From a virus (taxonomy: Duplodnaviria > Caudoviricetes), in the IMG/VR virus record IMGVR_UViG_3300032038_000036, positions 36,727 through 100,726 of that record: DNA of 64,000 bases, one strand, 5' to 3'. A program made the translations under genes and the position numbers. The notes under the pieces were generated by a model. It ran no database searches. It was not told the DNA's origin and saw only the letters and a list, made by a program, of their open reading frames with translations. Below, piece by piece: positions 10,901 to 19,655 of this stretch. Each line of letters begins with the position of its first letter. Position 1 is the first letter of the stretch.

Positions 10901-13463
10901 ATGATTGAATATTAGACAAATAGTTTATTAAGAATAATAAATTATGTCCTTTTATTGTATCTGATGGATGAATATCTATGGATGCAATATTTGCATTTTT
11001 ATTATATTTACCTATCATTTCTAATAAAAGAGTTCTAAATTGATTATATGCATAATGAGATTTTAAATCATTGAATATGTTTTTACCTAATTGCTGCAAT
11101 AACCAATCATCTAATCTAAGACGTTTAATTTTTCCATTAATATCTAATATATTATCATCAATATTACTAATTGTGTGCATTGGTGTATTTTCTGCTAAGT
11201 AATTGAAATATGTTCTTAACAATTGATTAAGATCACCAAATTTAGACAAATCTTCATTATAATCTTTAAGAATATTTATAAGATCATTTTTATGTATAAA
11301 TCTATCTTTAATAAACATACACATTTTACCATTAATATCTTCATTATAATAAATGGAATTAAAATATTCACTTACTTTATATTTATTTGTTGTAAGTTGT
11401 GTTGTGTAATATAAAGTATCATACAACCAATAAAATCTTTCAAAATATTCTTGGGTATCATATGTTTTACCAATAAGCATAAATTGCTTTACTTTTTCTT
11501 CATCATATATGTTTGCATATACTTCTTCAAAGAAATTAATATTATTGTATGCTTCCAATATTTCAAATCCAGTAACTTCTTTTTCAACAATTTTATCTGA
11601 CAATTCTTTGATAGTAAGATAATACTTAAATTGATTTAAGATATCAGTTGTTTTATAGTACATATTTTCTTCAATGTAATTTTCTTCAATTATATATGTA
11701 CCATGTAAATCTTTAATCATGTTTTGGTCAATTTTAACATTATCACTATTGAAATTATTTAAAGATATATCAATAATCTTGTTATAATATTCTACATTAT
11801 TTTCTTTATTATATAATTTCATATTATATGCTTGATTATAATTGTAGAATTTTTGTCCATTTGATAATGTTTCTGAACTTAATACAATATCTGCTTTAAC
11901 TAATGCATCATAAAAATTTTGCTCAGTTAAGTAATTTAAATGAGCTCCACAGAATACACCAAATTTATCAATATCACCAAGTTCTTTTAAGTTATATAAA
12001 ATTCCATTAAAATATGTATATCCGTATCTAACATCAGTCCATTTTGAATTTTTGAAGAAATTATTAACAAATGATTTATCATTAAAGTTTGGACAATATT
12101 CTTCCATATTATACCATGATGAACAATAGTTAGTCATTAACTTATAATATTTATCAATATTGTTTGTATTAGTAACAAGTTTATTACCAACATTTTTAAC
12201 AACTCTATAATATTTATCAATTGATGCTCCTATAGGTAATTTTAAGTTATTATGATCTATTATAACTTTAGGGAATAATCCTTTGAACATTGTTGGGAAC
12301 TCCCCATATTTTTTATTAGGATATTGATTATATGAATAAGCAAAGTTAACATTTGTTATATAAGGATTATTATCATCAGATAACATCATCTTAAATTTAC
12401 AATACATTGGTGTTATCTTATTTGTATATGCATACTTTGTATATTTAGATTCATTGAGAGCAGGGAATCCAACATCCATTATATTGATATTCTTACTATC
12501 TGCATCTTTACCAATTACAAAATCATATAACCCAGTATATGCATTATATTTTTTGAACTTTGTATATGATGTTGTATAATTAATATCAAAGTCATACATT
12601 TCATATGCGGTATTTCCTTTTGTATAATAATGACCAAATATTTTGAATTTTGCTCCAGTAAAGAATTTACGTTCATAACTATTAAATAAATCATTAATAT
12701 TAAATGAGAAGCTTAATGGGATAATTTGTCTCATTATCATATGATTTCTTTCAAATCCTTTACATATTGTATAATCAAAATTATTAATAGTTTTTTGACT
12801 TACATATAAGTCACCAAATAAATTATCTTTATATTGTTCAATACCTCCATTATTAATATCAATACCAAAATATGTAGCTTGTAAAGAATCCTGCAAACAG
12901 AATATAACACGTTCATCTATTTGCTTTAAGTATCTTGTTAAATAGTTCTTAAGATAATTACGTTTATTGTCTTTATTAATATATACTTTTATTGTTTTTG
13001 TTAAATGATCATTAAATACAATGCTTATACAGAAATATTCTGGAAGATCATTAACATTATCAATATATATTGGTGCATAGAAATTAAACTGACTACCATT
13101 TTGACTATATTGGATTCTTTTACAACCAAATTCGTAGTCTTTATTACGAGAGTCATTATTGTAATTATATATTGAGTTTAAATCTAAAATTGCATAATTA
13201 TTTTTATTGTATGTATAATTATGCTTGTAAAAAACATCTGAATAATAGTAATGATATCTTGATACATCATATTCATACTTACCATCTAATAAATTCAATT
13301 CATAATTTTTATTAGCCATGAAATTCTGCAATGGAACCATGTTAGCAAGTCTAACATATGTTGAATATTCATTAGTACTTTCTTTGTCAATTTCTCTTAA
13401 TTTACAAGCAATTGTAAAATTGCCAGATAATGTTGGTAAAGTTCTTAATAAAGGTTTGAACAT
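7944..13463 (-). CDS. giant hypothetical (probable virion/baseplate) protein
   Basis: 1839 aa uninterrupted ORF. Confidence 0.75.
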   Translation of the reverse strand: MFKPLLRTLPTLSGNFTIACKLREIDKESTNEYSTYVRLANMVPLQNFMANKNYELNLLDGKYEYDVSRYHYYYSDVFYKHNYTYNKNNYAILDLNSIYNYNNDSRNKDYEFGCKRIQYSQNGSQFNFYAPIYIDNVNDLPEYFCISIVFNDHLTKTIKVYINKDNKRNYLKNYLTRYLKQIDERVIFCLQDSLQATYFGIDINNGGIEQYKDNLFGDLYVSQKTINNFDYTICKGFERNHMIMRQIIPLSFSFNINDLFNSYERKFFTGAKFKIFGHYYTKGNTAYEMYDFDINYTTSYTKFKKYNAYTGLYDFVIGKDADSKNINIMDVGFPALNESKYTKYAYTNKITPMYCKFKMMLSDDNNPYITNVNFAYSYNQYPNKKYGEFPTMFKGLFPKVIIDHNNLKLPIGASIDKYYRVVKNVGNKLVTNTNNIDKYYKLMTNYCSSWYNMEEYCPNFNDKSFVNNFFKNSKWTDVRYGYTYFNGILYNLKELGDIDKFGVFCGAHLNYLTEQNFYDALVKADIVLSSETLSNGQKFYNYNQAYNMKLYNKENNVEYYNKIIDISLNNFNSDNVKIDQNMIKDLHGTYIIEENYIEENMYYKTTDILNQFKYYLTIKELSDKIVEKEVTGFEILEAYNNINFFEEVYANIYDEEKVKQFMLIGKTYDTQEYFERFYWLYDTLYYTTQLTTNKYKVSEYFNSIYYNEDINGKMCMFIKDRFIHKNDLINILKDYNEDLSKFGDLNQLLRTYFNYLAENTPMHTISNIDDNILDINGKIKRLRLDDWLLQQLGKNIFNDLKSHYAYNQFRTLLLEMIGKYNKNANIASIDIHPSDTIKGHNLLFLINYLSNIQSYRFEVLGNNNGIDIKDYFIKNEVNEKNIYVDPYNIEEYIKLYNKEYPNDKINTTFVYKKFYSNILSKDHLIEFYRKLKDSDADYNSIIINNNLLDIIYVKERCWYIEKNKINIKDRYITLYEYLYKKFIELGDDGRRKYKQYVDAEDKKQKKLLENKYLSCLNDFFEYFIYLHNSKDNGVVLDWLTNSLSDMKSVNNKFVFNVNLTGYDINISWNIELDLCIYKDMILLDSNLRKLIDHNYFLYLFINDKATLENLSMWPIISNNDLINNEKYTYKETDDYLTPLFTNIYFNEYDLNLIQQMINSNKISINNKYIVSSNKYFKEIDVDDTFRSLLINNDKNIYSIIDDIEKLYNDHNNLEETFIELKELLASHFNFNYFIFDENIENISLEKLLLDNFINHRDNINVVQFNNDYKDTFEILVEGQINGLNDSRLSEGGIYYNKLKDIYDTIVKQYDIYVYLNTLNVYNTLDHIDNIINELNMSAPMLNGIRLLNDEHLDNTLDIINTLITKYNNELLPFFNDIKNELTSLFYIDKNFSVSISNFNLDNLTINILMNNKELFIEHLRDNTFSISWINEIVNIESYNYNDAVIFKDKWNDYCLNNEIYVEDINKDNYEKRIDIIIDYVKSYYNELYYKLINNRGIILYSLSTILDMKYDLLIGDKLQYDDKYKIYTYEYNGKKYAFYYINIDIDNTNNSFNVLNEFNLNVKFDAIDDIKITDERFNSFFSKIFYLLEPFLRLNVFNEFAKNANTIIYPYEAEINVEYMSSLTNDDNIKKQYKLMSDDGILYDNIIKMSKSKKIKLLRYFNYITPLLVKKHVIQDNWELQFIDNTNNDIYIKKYNVLTKDNINIYRYNGIKYYNGSYSKTTESFMKNSEIEQPTILSQYEYKHFNDNVVYNLPEEIFIEDNKVYTYDEISEYKENRDKMTEEKKKILLEYFNDLGLEYNNIILFLFNKYDSNMTIEPIKLRANKNEKLYKVSYKFKLI

Positions 13464-13623
13464 ATTTCTAAATCTTACTATATATTATATATAATTAAAA
13501 ATAACAGCAAATTTTAGTATCAAATGAAAAAAAATTAAGAAAATCTTGAATTTCTTTTGACATTGTACTAATTTTGTATTATTATAAATTAAATAAACTA
13601 ATAATTAAGTAAATTTCGGAAAT

Positions 13624-13737
13624 ATGAAACAACTCAGTCAACATATCGTATCTATGATCGGCTCATCAATTTTTGGTGAACCTTGTGGATTGAGCTTTGA
13701 ACCTAATGGGATAGTTTCCGGATATACTGAAATATAA
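13624..13737 (+). CDS. 37 aa leader peptide MKQLSQHIVSMIGSSIFGEPCGLSFEPNGIVSGYTEI
   Basis: short ORF read from sequence, followed by a terminator whose 5' arm is complementary to the ORF 3' end. Confidence 0.55.
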   Translation: MKQLSQHIVSMIGSSIFGEPCGLSFEPNGIVSGYTEI

Positions 13738-13772
13738 ATGTTGAGTACATAAGATAGTATCAATATAAAGCA

Positions 13773-13809
13773 GGACTCCGGAACGCAAGTTTCGGAGTTT
13801 TTTAGTTTT
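13773..13809 (+). terminator. intrinsic terminator of attenuator 1
   Basis: GGACTCCGGAAC-GCAA-GTTTCGGAGTTT plus T tract. Confidence 0.75.
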
Positions 13810-13852
13810 ATAAACAATGAATAAAAAATTTCTAAAAAAAATTCTTAAAAAG

Positions 13853-13890
13853 TTTGAAATAAATCCGGAAGATACTATTTTACAATTGTA
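13853..13890 (+). promoter_or_regulatory. putative promoter of tRNA block 1
   Basis: TTTGAAAT...TACTATTTTACAATTG. Confidence 0.5.
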
Positions 13891-13933
13891 ATGAAAAACA
13901 AATAATATTTAATAACAAATATTATATAAATTT

Positions 13934-14005
13934 GGCCGGTTCATCTAAGGGTCAGGATGACAGGTTTTCAACCTGTTCATAGGGGTTCGAATCCCCTACC
14001 GGCTA
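13934..14005 (+). tRNA. tRNA-Glu(UUC)
   Basis: cloverleaf, ACAGG-TTTTCAA-CCTGT. Confidence 0.9.
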
Positions 14006-14009
14006 CGAA

Positions 14010-14084
14010 GCTCTGGAAATATCGGTTCGAATCCGACTAAAGCACCTAATAAGGCATGGTAGACTAACGGTAAGTCAACAGAGT
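14010..14084 (+). ncRNA. circularly permuted tRNA-like RNA
   Basis: closing stem GCTCTG/CAGAGT, T arm first, D arm GACT-AACGGTA-AGTC last. Confidence 0.6.
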
Positions 14085-14111
14085 ATTTTTCTCAATTTCT
14101 AAAATTGAATT

Positions 14112-14128
14112 AGTTCTTTGACATATTG
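14112..14128 (+). promoter_or_regulatory. rrn-type boxA-like antitermination element
   Basis: AGTTCTTTGACATATTG; near-identical copies at 24045 and 24511. Confidence 0.6.
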
Positions 14129-14147
14129 GTACAACAAAATAAACTAA

Positions 14148-14263
14148 AGATTCTATGGGTGCCCATTTGGTGAAAGTCAAATCTTAGGTGGGCCGGGGGT
14201 TCGAATCCCTCACGTTCCGCTGGGAGCGTTGGCAGAGTGGTTTAATGTAGCCCTAAGGAATCT
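14148..14263 (+). ncRNA. circularly permuted Ser-like tRNA mimic (YrlA topology)
   Basis: CTTAGG, T arm, ACGTTCC-GCTG-GGAGCGT closed acceptor, D arm, CCTAAG. Confidence 0.75.
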
Positions 14264-14267
14264 ATTT

Positions 14268-14356
14268 GGAGAGTAATGCTTGATGGTGATAGCGGGTGCC
14301 TGCTAAGCATTGCGTCCGGCTAATCACCGGATCTGGTTCGATTCCAGTGCTCTCCG
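14268..14356 (+). tRNA. tRNA-Ser(GCU)
   Basis: class II cloverleaf, loop CTGCTAA. Confidence 0.85.
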
Positions 14357-14465
14357 CAAGTATTCAAATATATCCGCTAAGGAGTCAGAAGTTTAAATCT
14401 TTCCCTGGGTTTGAATGGCCTGGGTGGCAGAATGTTGAATGATTGCAATATTTGAATACATATTT

Positions 14466-14551
14466 GGAGAATGAACTGCGGCGGCCCGCAGGACTGTCTT
14501 GAAAACAGCTCGTTCGGTGAAACGGATTGGGATCGACACCTACTTTCTCCG
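14466..14551 (+). tRNA. tRNA-Ser(UGA), atypical T loop
   Basis: loop CTTGAAA; T loop ATCGACA. Confidence 0.75.
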
Positions 14552-14552
14552 C

Positions 14553-14720
14553 AAATTTACTGGTGAAGAATAGAGATACTTCATAAGTTTGCAAAACTGG
14601 TGGAAGCAAGTTCCTTGTCGGTTCGAGTCCGGCCCATGGTCATTATGTACCGCGGTGGTGAAACTGGTAAACACGCTGGTCCTTTTATAATTATTCTTTA
14701 TTCGACAATTCCGTAAATTT
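14553..14720 (+). ncRNA. Y-RNA-like module RNA 1 enclosing a permuted tRNA
   Basis: AAATTTAC-T-GG-TGAA-GAATAGAGA-TACTTC...T arm/acceptor/D arm...TCTTTATTC-GACAATT-CC-GTAAATTT. Confidence 0.75.
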
Positions 14721-14726
14721 TTTATT

Positions 14727-14798
14727 GGGTCTATGTCTGAGCGGTGTAGGTGGTGGTCTGCAAAACCATTTAGCCCGGTTCGACTCCGGGTGGGCCCT
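14727..14798 (+). tRNA. tRNA-Cys(GCA)
   Basis: loop CTGCAAA, U73. Confidence 0.9.
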
Positions 14799-14800
14799 CA

Positions 14801-14939
14801 AATTATCTGGTGTATATAAGAGTTACTTCGATTACTTTTTTAATTAAGTGGTTTTAATGCAATTTTTTCAGAATTGATTCCTCGGTTCGAATCCGAGAGA
14901 AAGTTTCATAACAATACTTTTATAGCTGTTCCGATAATT
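14801..14939 (+). ncRNA. Y-RNA-like module RNA 2 containing a lone T arm
   Basis: AATTATC-T-GG-TGTA-TATAAGAGT-TACTTC...ACTTTTATA-GCTGTT-CC-GATAATT. Confidence 0.75.
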
Positions 14940-14944
14940 AATTT

Positions 14945-15021
14945 GGGCTGATAGCGTAGGTGGTAGTTTGGCGCGCTGGACTGAAAATCCAGAGGCGAAG
15001 GTTCGACTCCTTCTCGGCCCA
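14945..15021 (+). tRNA. tRNA-Phe(GAA)
   Basis: CTGGA-CTGAAAA-TCCAG. Confidence 0.9.
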
Positions 15022-15028
15022 CAATAAT

Positions 15029-15101
15029 GGAGGTCTGGCAGATATGGTATATGCGCCGGACTGAAAATCCGGTTAACCTGGTTCGAGTCCGGGGGCCTCC
15101 A
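15029..15101 (+). tRNA. tRNA-Phe(GAA)
   Basis: CCGGA-CTGAAAA-TCCGG. Confidence 0.9.
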
Positions 15102-15387
15102 CAATATAAATTGCAACCCAAAATGATATGGAAAATAAGTTGTAATTTATATTATAAAGACTTAGAGTAAATTGAGCAAAAGTCCCCCAGACGTGTATCT
15201 AAGTTTAAATTGTTTAAGCTCAACCGATGTTGAGTAAACTCTGGAAGTAATTATATTAAACAATATGCGCATATTCATAATTATTTTCAGTATCTTGAGA
15301 GTTATCTTGTCCTTAAGGCGCCAAGAAGTACCTCGCTTACGTGGAATGTAGAGGAAATATTAAGTACAAGGATTTGGAAAGATTTAT

Positions 15388-15464
15388 CTGGGTGTATGCC
15401 GGTAATTGGTGATCCGTCCTCGCTTGGAACGAGGTTTATGCAGGCTCGAGTCCTGTCACCCAGA
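15388..15464 (+). tRNA. tRNA-Pro(UGG), atypical D arm
   Basis: CCTCG-CTTGGAA-CGAGG; T loop CTCGAGT. Confidence 0.75.
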
Positions 15465-15873
15465 CTCAATTGTAATTTTCAAGATATGCGGACAAACGTT
15501 AAAGCAGCTGCAAGTCCAGCTCCAGAAATGGTATAGGACTCGGTAAGACCTATGTGGGTCGGTAGCTACGAACCCCTTAGTGAGACGAGGAAAGTGAGAA
15601 GATTACAATTATCTTATATACGGAGATACGTGGTGAGACGCCTAGTAGGGCCCGCGAGGTTCGATAGTTTAAGATAGAATACCGTATAACAAATAAATGT
15701 TAGGAGATTGCCCACCGAGATTTAAGGTAGCTCCTTAAACAGCTGAATGGGAAACAGGTAAGCTCTGTTATGATATTGAATATCGGCCGTAAAAATATCA
15801 ACAACTTGAAGAGAAATAGTTAACATTTATTTTTGAAAAATATAATGATAATTTCTATTTATTATTATATAAT

Positions 15874-15947
15874 CGGGATGTAGTACAGTTGGTTAGTATT
15901 CGTGTTTTGGGAACATGAGGTCGCTGGTTCGAGTCCAGTCATCCCGA
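15874..15947 (+). tRNA. tRNA-Pro(UGG)
   Basis: loop TTTGGGA. Confidence 0.9.
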
Positions 15948-16077
15948 CATCTCAACCTTGGCAAATAATCAATTATATGTGTGAGAGAGCCATTAAGACG
16001 CGATAACTGAGGTAATCACTGAAACACATGCGAGCAATAGAGATAGTTATCTTGAGGTTGTCAATAATTGATTTTAT

Positions 16078-16151
16078 AGGGAGGTGGCCTAATTGGTTAA
16101 GGTTCGTGATTTGGGATCACGAGAGTGCGGGTTCGAGTCCCGTCCTCCCTA
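16078..16151 (+). tRNA. tRNA-Pro(UGG)
   Basis: CGTGA-TTTGGGA-TCACG. Confidence 0.9.
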
Positions 16152-16154
16152 CAA

Positions 16155-16234
16155 ATTGGCTAGTGAAGTGGAGAGTTACTTCAATGATAATGATTTAAGA
16201 CTGACTATTTACTTTCTGCGCTTATTCTGCCAAT
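16155..16234 (+). ncRNA. Y-RNA-like module RNA 3 (minimal)
   Basis: ATTGGC-T-AG-TGAA-GTGGAGAGT-TACTTC...ACTTTCTGC-GCTTATT-CT-GCCAAT. Confidence 0.75.
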
Positions 16235-16240
16235 AAATTT

Positions 16241-16312
16241 GGCCCTGTCATCTAACGGTCAGGATCTCAGGTTTTCAACCTGGTCATCGGAGTTCGAGTC
16301 TCCGCGGGGCTA
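16241..16312 (+). tRNA. tRNA-Glu(UUC)
   Basis: loop TTTTCAA. Confidence 0.9.
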
Positions 16313-16317
16313 CAAAT

Positions 16318-16394
16318 AATTCCTTGTTGTAGAGTAGAGTTACTTCAAAGAATGTGGTTTTAATAAGATACTTTATTCGCTTATTACAGGAATT
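16318..16394 (+). ncRNA. Y-RNA-like module RNA 4 (minimal)
   Basis: AATTCCT-T-GT-TGTA-GAGTAGAGT-TACTTC...ACTTTATTC-GCTTATT-AC-AGGAATT. Confidence 0.75.
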
Positions 16395-16397
16395 TAT

Positions 16398-16471
16398 GGG
16401 GATATCATACTAACAGGTTAGGTGGCAACCCTTTCAAGGTTGAGATACGGGTTCGAGCCCCGTTATCCCTA
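16398..16471 (+). tRNA. tRNA-Glu(UUC)
   Basis: CAACC-CTTTCAA-GGTTG. Confidence 0.85.
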
Positions 16472-16700
16472 CAAAGTTCACATCCCAGACAGATGGGTAA
16501 AGTTAGCATTAGAGATATGGGTTATCCGGAAATTTTATCACATATCACTTGCTGGAGTTGTCATAATCGAGTGCGCATCAAGAAAGAACTCCCATAGGCT
16601 TAAGCTTAAATACATTGGGCGAGATGGAACAGAACTTTATTTATGCACTTACTAAAACGCGAAAAACGGGTTCTTGAGGTTATCCATAAACCTCAAATAT

Positions 16701-16773
16701 TGGGCTGTCGTCTAACTGGTAAGGATACCGCCCTGATAAGGCGGCGATCTCGGATCATTCCCGAGTGGCCCAA
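16701..16773 (+). tRNA. tRNA-Ile(GAU) with Gln/Glu-like body and atypical T loop
   Basis: CCGCC-CTGATAA-GGCGG; T loop ATCATTC. Confidence 0.7.
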
Positions 16774-16779
16774 CAACAT

Positions 16780-16853
16780 TGGGATATACAGTATAATGGT
16801 TAGTACAGCGGACTCTGACTCCGCAGGTTTCGGTTCGAATCCGGATATCCCAA
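16780..16853 (+). tRNA. tRNA-Gln(CUG)
   Basis: GCGGA-CTCTGAC-TCCGC. Confidence 0.85.
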
Positions 16854-16938
16854 CGTACCTTTTGGTTGTAGGTGACTTTTCAGCATAGGCACAGCGAGCT
16901 TCGCGCCGCCGTTTACTAATAATGGAACCTTCATTTAT

Positions 16939-17012
16939 TGGGCTATGCTGTGTAACGGTTAGCACGTCAGCCTTTGAAGCTGAAGGTCTGAGTTCGAATC
17001 TCGGTAGCCCAA
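16939..17012 (+). tRNA. tRNA-Gln(UUG)
   Basis: TCAGC-CTTTGAA-GCTGA. Confidence 0.85.
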
Positions 17013-17013
17013 C

Positions 17014-17138
17014 AATAAAGGTATAGGTTCGAATCCTATATGGCAGTATTGAAGTCTATATGACTGATGGTTAATAGTTCTAGAATGTTAATCTGAAAAT
17101 GTAAACTCTGTCATTGGTGTAGGAGGTAGCATATTATT
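17014..17138 (+). ncRNA. circularly permuted tRNA-like RNA with ~60-nt insert closing the acceptor stem
   Basis: T arm ATAGG-TTCGAAT-CCTAT, ATGGCAG...CTGTCAT acceptor, then D arm GTGT-AGGAGGTA-GCAT. Confidence 0.65.
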
Positions 17139-17143
17139 TATAT

Positions 17144-17217
17144 TGAGCTGTATTTCAGTTGGTTAGAATGCCATCCTGATAAGATGGAGGTCGTAGGTTC
17201 AAGTCCTATCAGCTCAA
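17144..17217 (+). tRNA. tRNA-Ile(GAU)
   Basis: CCATC-CTGATAA-GATGG. Confidence 0.9.
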
Positions 17218-17542
17218 CTTTGGGAATTAGCAAAATGATTCGTATGAAAGTCATTATCTGTAAATATTTGCGTAAGGCCGCGATTAGGCCGAAAGTTCTC
17301 GAGATCAATAATATTTATAATAATGATAAGTAATGACAGAAAGAGAAATTAGTAAGATTAGCTAACTTACGAAATTGAATTTGAAGAAGCGAACATACTG
17401 CGCTACCCGTGGGTGGGTAGAGGTCCTGTGAAAGTCAGTGGTTCCCGACCGTATAATGAAGTTTTGAAAATTTCATATTTTCAATAACACCGGTCCCATC
17501 CTATGCTACTCGAGGTAGGCATGGAACTAGGCCGGTGACCAT

Positions 17543-17615
17543 GGGGATGTCGTATAACGGTTTATTACGATGGTCTCATAAGCCGTAGAAGGTGGTTCGA
17601 TTCCACCCATCCCTA
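17543..17615 (+). tRNA. tRNA-CAU (elongator Met or Ile2)
   Basis: loop CTCATAA. Confidence 0.85.
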
Positions 17616-17719
17616 CACATGGAGGTTCACTTGCGCAGGACTAGTTAAACAGTACTTACAATTATATCTTGCAAAGAAAAACAATCGGATATCTGATAGT
17701 GATAAGATACCTCCACCCA

Positions 17720-17862
17720 AATTCCTTGTTGAATTGAAGAGTTACTTCTTAATCCGCCAGAAACTTTGGATTTTTAGCTTAATTGGTTAGAGCGCGGGCC
17801 TGCAAAGCCCGAGGTGATGGTTCAAGCCCATAAATATACTTTTCGAGAATGTTACAGGAATT
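17720..17862 (+). ncRNA. Y-RNA-like module RNA 5 enclosing D arm, GCA anticodon arm and T arm (module replaces acceptor stem)
   Basis: AATTCCT-T-GT-TGAA-TTGAAGAGT-TACTTC...CGGGC-CTGCAAA-GCCCG...ACTTTTCGA-GAATGTT-AC-AGGAATT. Confidence 0.75.
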
Positions 17863-17866
17863 ACTT

Positions 17867-17939
17867 GCGGCTGTCGTATAACGGTTTATTATACTCGCCT
17901 TCCAAGCCAGGGACGTGGGTTCGACTCCCATCAGCCGCT
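17867..17939 (+). tRNA. tRNA-Gly(UCC)
   Basis: loop CTTCCAA. Confidence 0.85.
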
Positions 17940-18061
17940 CGCATTAGTAATGGAGTTTGGTAACGCAGAGTTTTCTCAAGGTTCTCCACGTTAAATTTAA
18001 AAACTGCTTTTAATGTGGGCACCGTTTTATATTCGAGAATATAGTACGGTGCTTATATAAT

Positions 18062-18134
18062 GCATCTGTCGTATAACGGTTCAGTACGTTCGCCTTCCAA
18101 GCCTAAGACGTGGGTTCGACTCCCATCAGATGCT
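18062..18134 (+). tRNA. tRNA-Gly(UCC)
   Basis: loop CTTCCAA, weak anticodon stem. Confidence 0.8.
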
Positions 18135-18149
18135 CTATTCTTAATTGAT

Positions 18150-18223
18150 GGCCCTCGGGACAGATTGGTTTAAGTCGTCGGTCTCTCAAGCCGGAATAAC
18201 GGGTTCGAATCCCGTGGGGGCTA
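18150..18223 (+). tRNA. tRNA-Glu(CUC)
   Basis: loop CTCTCAA. Confidence 0.85.
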
Positions 18224-18231
18224 CAATAATT

Positions 18232-18363
18232 CGCGGAGTGGTGAAATTTAAAATTAGACTTTATTCGCTGTTGCTTCGAATGAATGCTGTAGATTAGAGT
18301 TACTTCGGTATACACGCTTTTCAGGAAAAAAAGATTATGTTGGTTCGAGTCCAACCTCCGCGA
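18232..18363 (+). tRNA. tRNA-like RNA (Leu-type D arm, ambiguous anticodon) with module inserted in D loop
   Basis: acceptor CGCGGAG/CTCCGCG; module 18258-18306. Confidence 0.65.
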
Positions 18364-18471
18364 CGACGCAGTTTCGAAAGACCCATACTCTGGTGTGATG
18401 AGATAATATCAAGGAAGCACATACTAGTGGCAAAAAGTAGAGGTTCAAAATGGTGGGAAGCCATTAACAAT

Positions 18472-18546
18472 GCGGGTGTAGTATAACGGTTATTACATGA
18501 CATTGCCAATGTCGAGACGTGAGTTCGACTCTCATCATCCGCTCCA
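18472..18546 (+). tRNA. tRNA-Gly(GCC)
   Basis: loop TTGCCAA, encoded CCA. Confidence 0.9.
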
Positions 18547-18602
18547 TTTTGGAATCATATTGAACAATTGGTGAACTTTAGTGTGGTTCCTGTTCACCCC
18601 AT

Positions 18603-18675
18603 GCGGTAGTAGCTCAATTGGTAGAATGTCACCTTGCCAAGGTGAAGGTTGCGGGTTCGAGTCCCGTCTACCGCT
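18603..18675 (+). tRNA. tRNA-Gly(GCC)
   Basis: TCACC-TTGCCAA-GGTGA. Confidence 0.9.
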
Positions 18676-18788
18676 CACAATAAAAATAGTCCAATGCCGA
18701 TAAAGTTCTTACAGCACGGTATAAAAACATGTATATTTATCTGTAAGTAATATATGCATAGATAGTTTAAGTGGTTTCTATCATTTAT

Positions 18789-18935
18789 GCGGATGTAGTA
18801 TAAAGGAAAGTACACCGTTAAAAAGATTTTTATGACCTTTTAACGCTGTTACATCGTAAGATTGTTGTAGTTGAGAGTTACTTCAAATTATTGCATTCCA
18901 AGCCGGGGATGTTGGTTCGAGTCCAACCGTCCGCT
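18789..18935 (+). tRNA. tRNA-Gly(UCC) with 75-nt module insert in anticodon stem
   Basis: removing 18818-18892 restores CCGGC-ATTCCAA-GCCGG. Confidence 0.75.
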
Positions 18936-19211
18936 CAAATTATTTAAGATCTTAAATCCAGTTGTTGTTCCTGTTCTGGGAGAATATATTCCGGTATATC
19001 TCATAAAAACAAAAGCAGGGCCGTGACAATACAGAGGATTCCCTGAGGCCTCTGAAAAAATCCGCTTAGGGCCATCTTCATGAGGTTAATGTTGAAATCC
19101 CGCCCTCGCAGCTTGAGCAACTATAAGCCTTGATTATAGTAAAAAACATATCGGGACAAGACAGGGAGAATGGTTGACCTGTCATTTTTATAAATAAATA
19201 GGAATTTTGTT

Positions 19212-19535
19212 ATGGAATACACTTACAGTGGATTAGAAAACAGAATTTCTGCGGAACACTTGAAAGCTGGTGAAGTTGTAAAAGTTACAGGAAAGGGGAA
19301 TTCGATGACCCCAATATTAAAGTCTAGACAACCTGTAATTTGTATTCCAGTTGATGAAAATACTGTGTTAGCGAAACGTGACATAGTTTTGTGCAAAGTC
19401 AATGGACATTATTACCTTCACCTTATTTGGAGTTTGAAACCAGGAGATAGATTCTTGATTGGGAATAATCATAATCATCCAAATGGGGTTATATCAAGAA
19501 ACAATATCTTTGGTAAAGTGGTAGAAATTCTATGA
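19212..19535 (+). CDS. S24/S26 family peptidase-like protein
   Basis: GNSMTP catalytic-Ser motif, DIVL, GNN. Confidence 0.7.
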   Translation: MEYTYSGLENRISAEHLKAGEVVKVTGKGNSMTPILKSRQPVICIPVDENTVLAKRDIVLCKVNGHYYLHLIWSLKPGDRFLIGNNHNHPNGVISRNNIFGKVVEIL

Positions 19536-19580
19536 GTTTCACAAACTCATTATTTTTCCTTAATTCCTTTTTATTAACAT

Positions 19581-19655
19581 GGTGTCGTTAACTTAACTGG
19601 TGAAAGGCGGTGACTGTGAATCACTGAGATGTCGGTTCGAATCCGATGCGACACA
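19581..19655 (+). tRNA. tRNA-His(GUG)
   Basis: GGTGA-CTGTGAA-TCACT, G-1 present. Confidence 0.85.

Noticed and set aside
17221-17450. tmRNA
   Set aside because: No G3.U70, no canonical T loop, no tag ORF ending in Ala-Ala.
15320-19160. HDV-like theta ribozymes (CCTCGC loops near 15331 and 19102; also looked after the suppressor tRNA)
   Set aside because: Could not build P1 and the nested pseudoknot by eye; needs a motif search.
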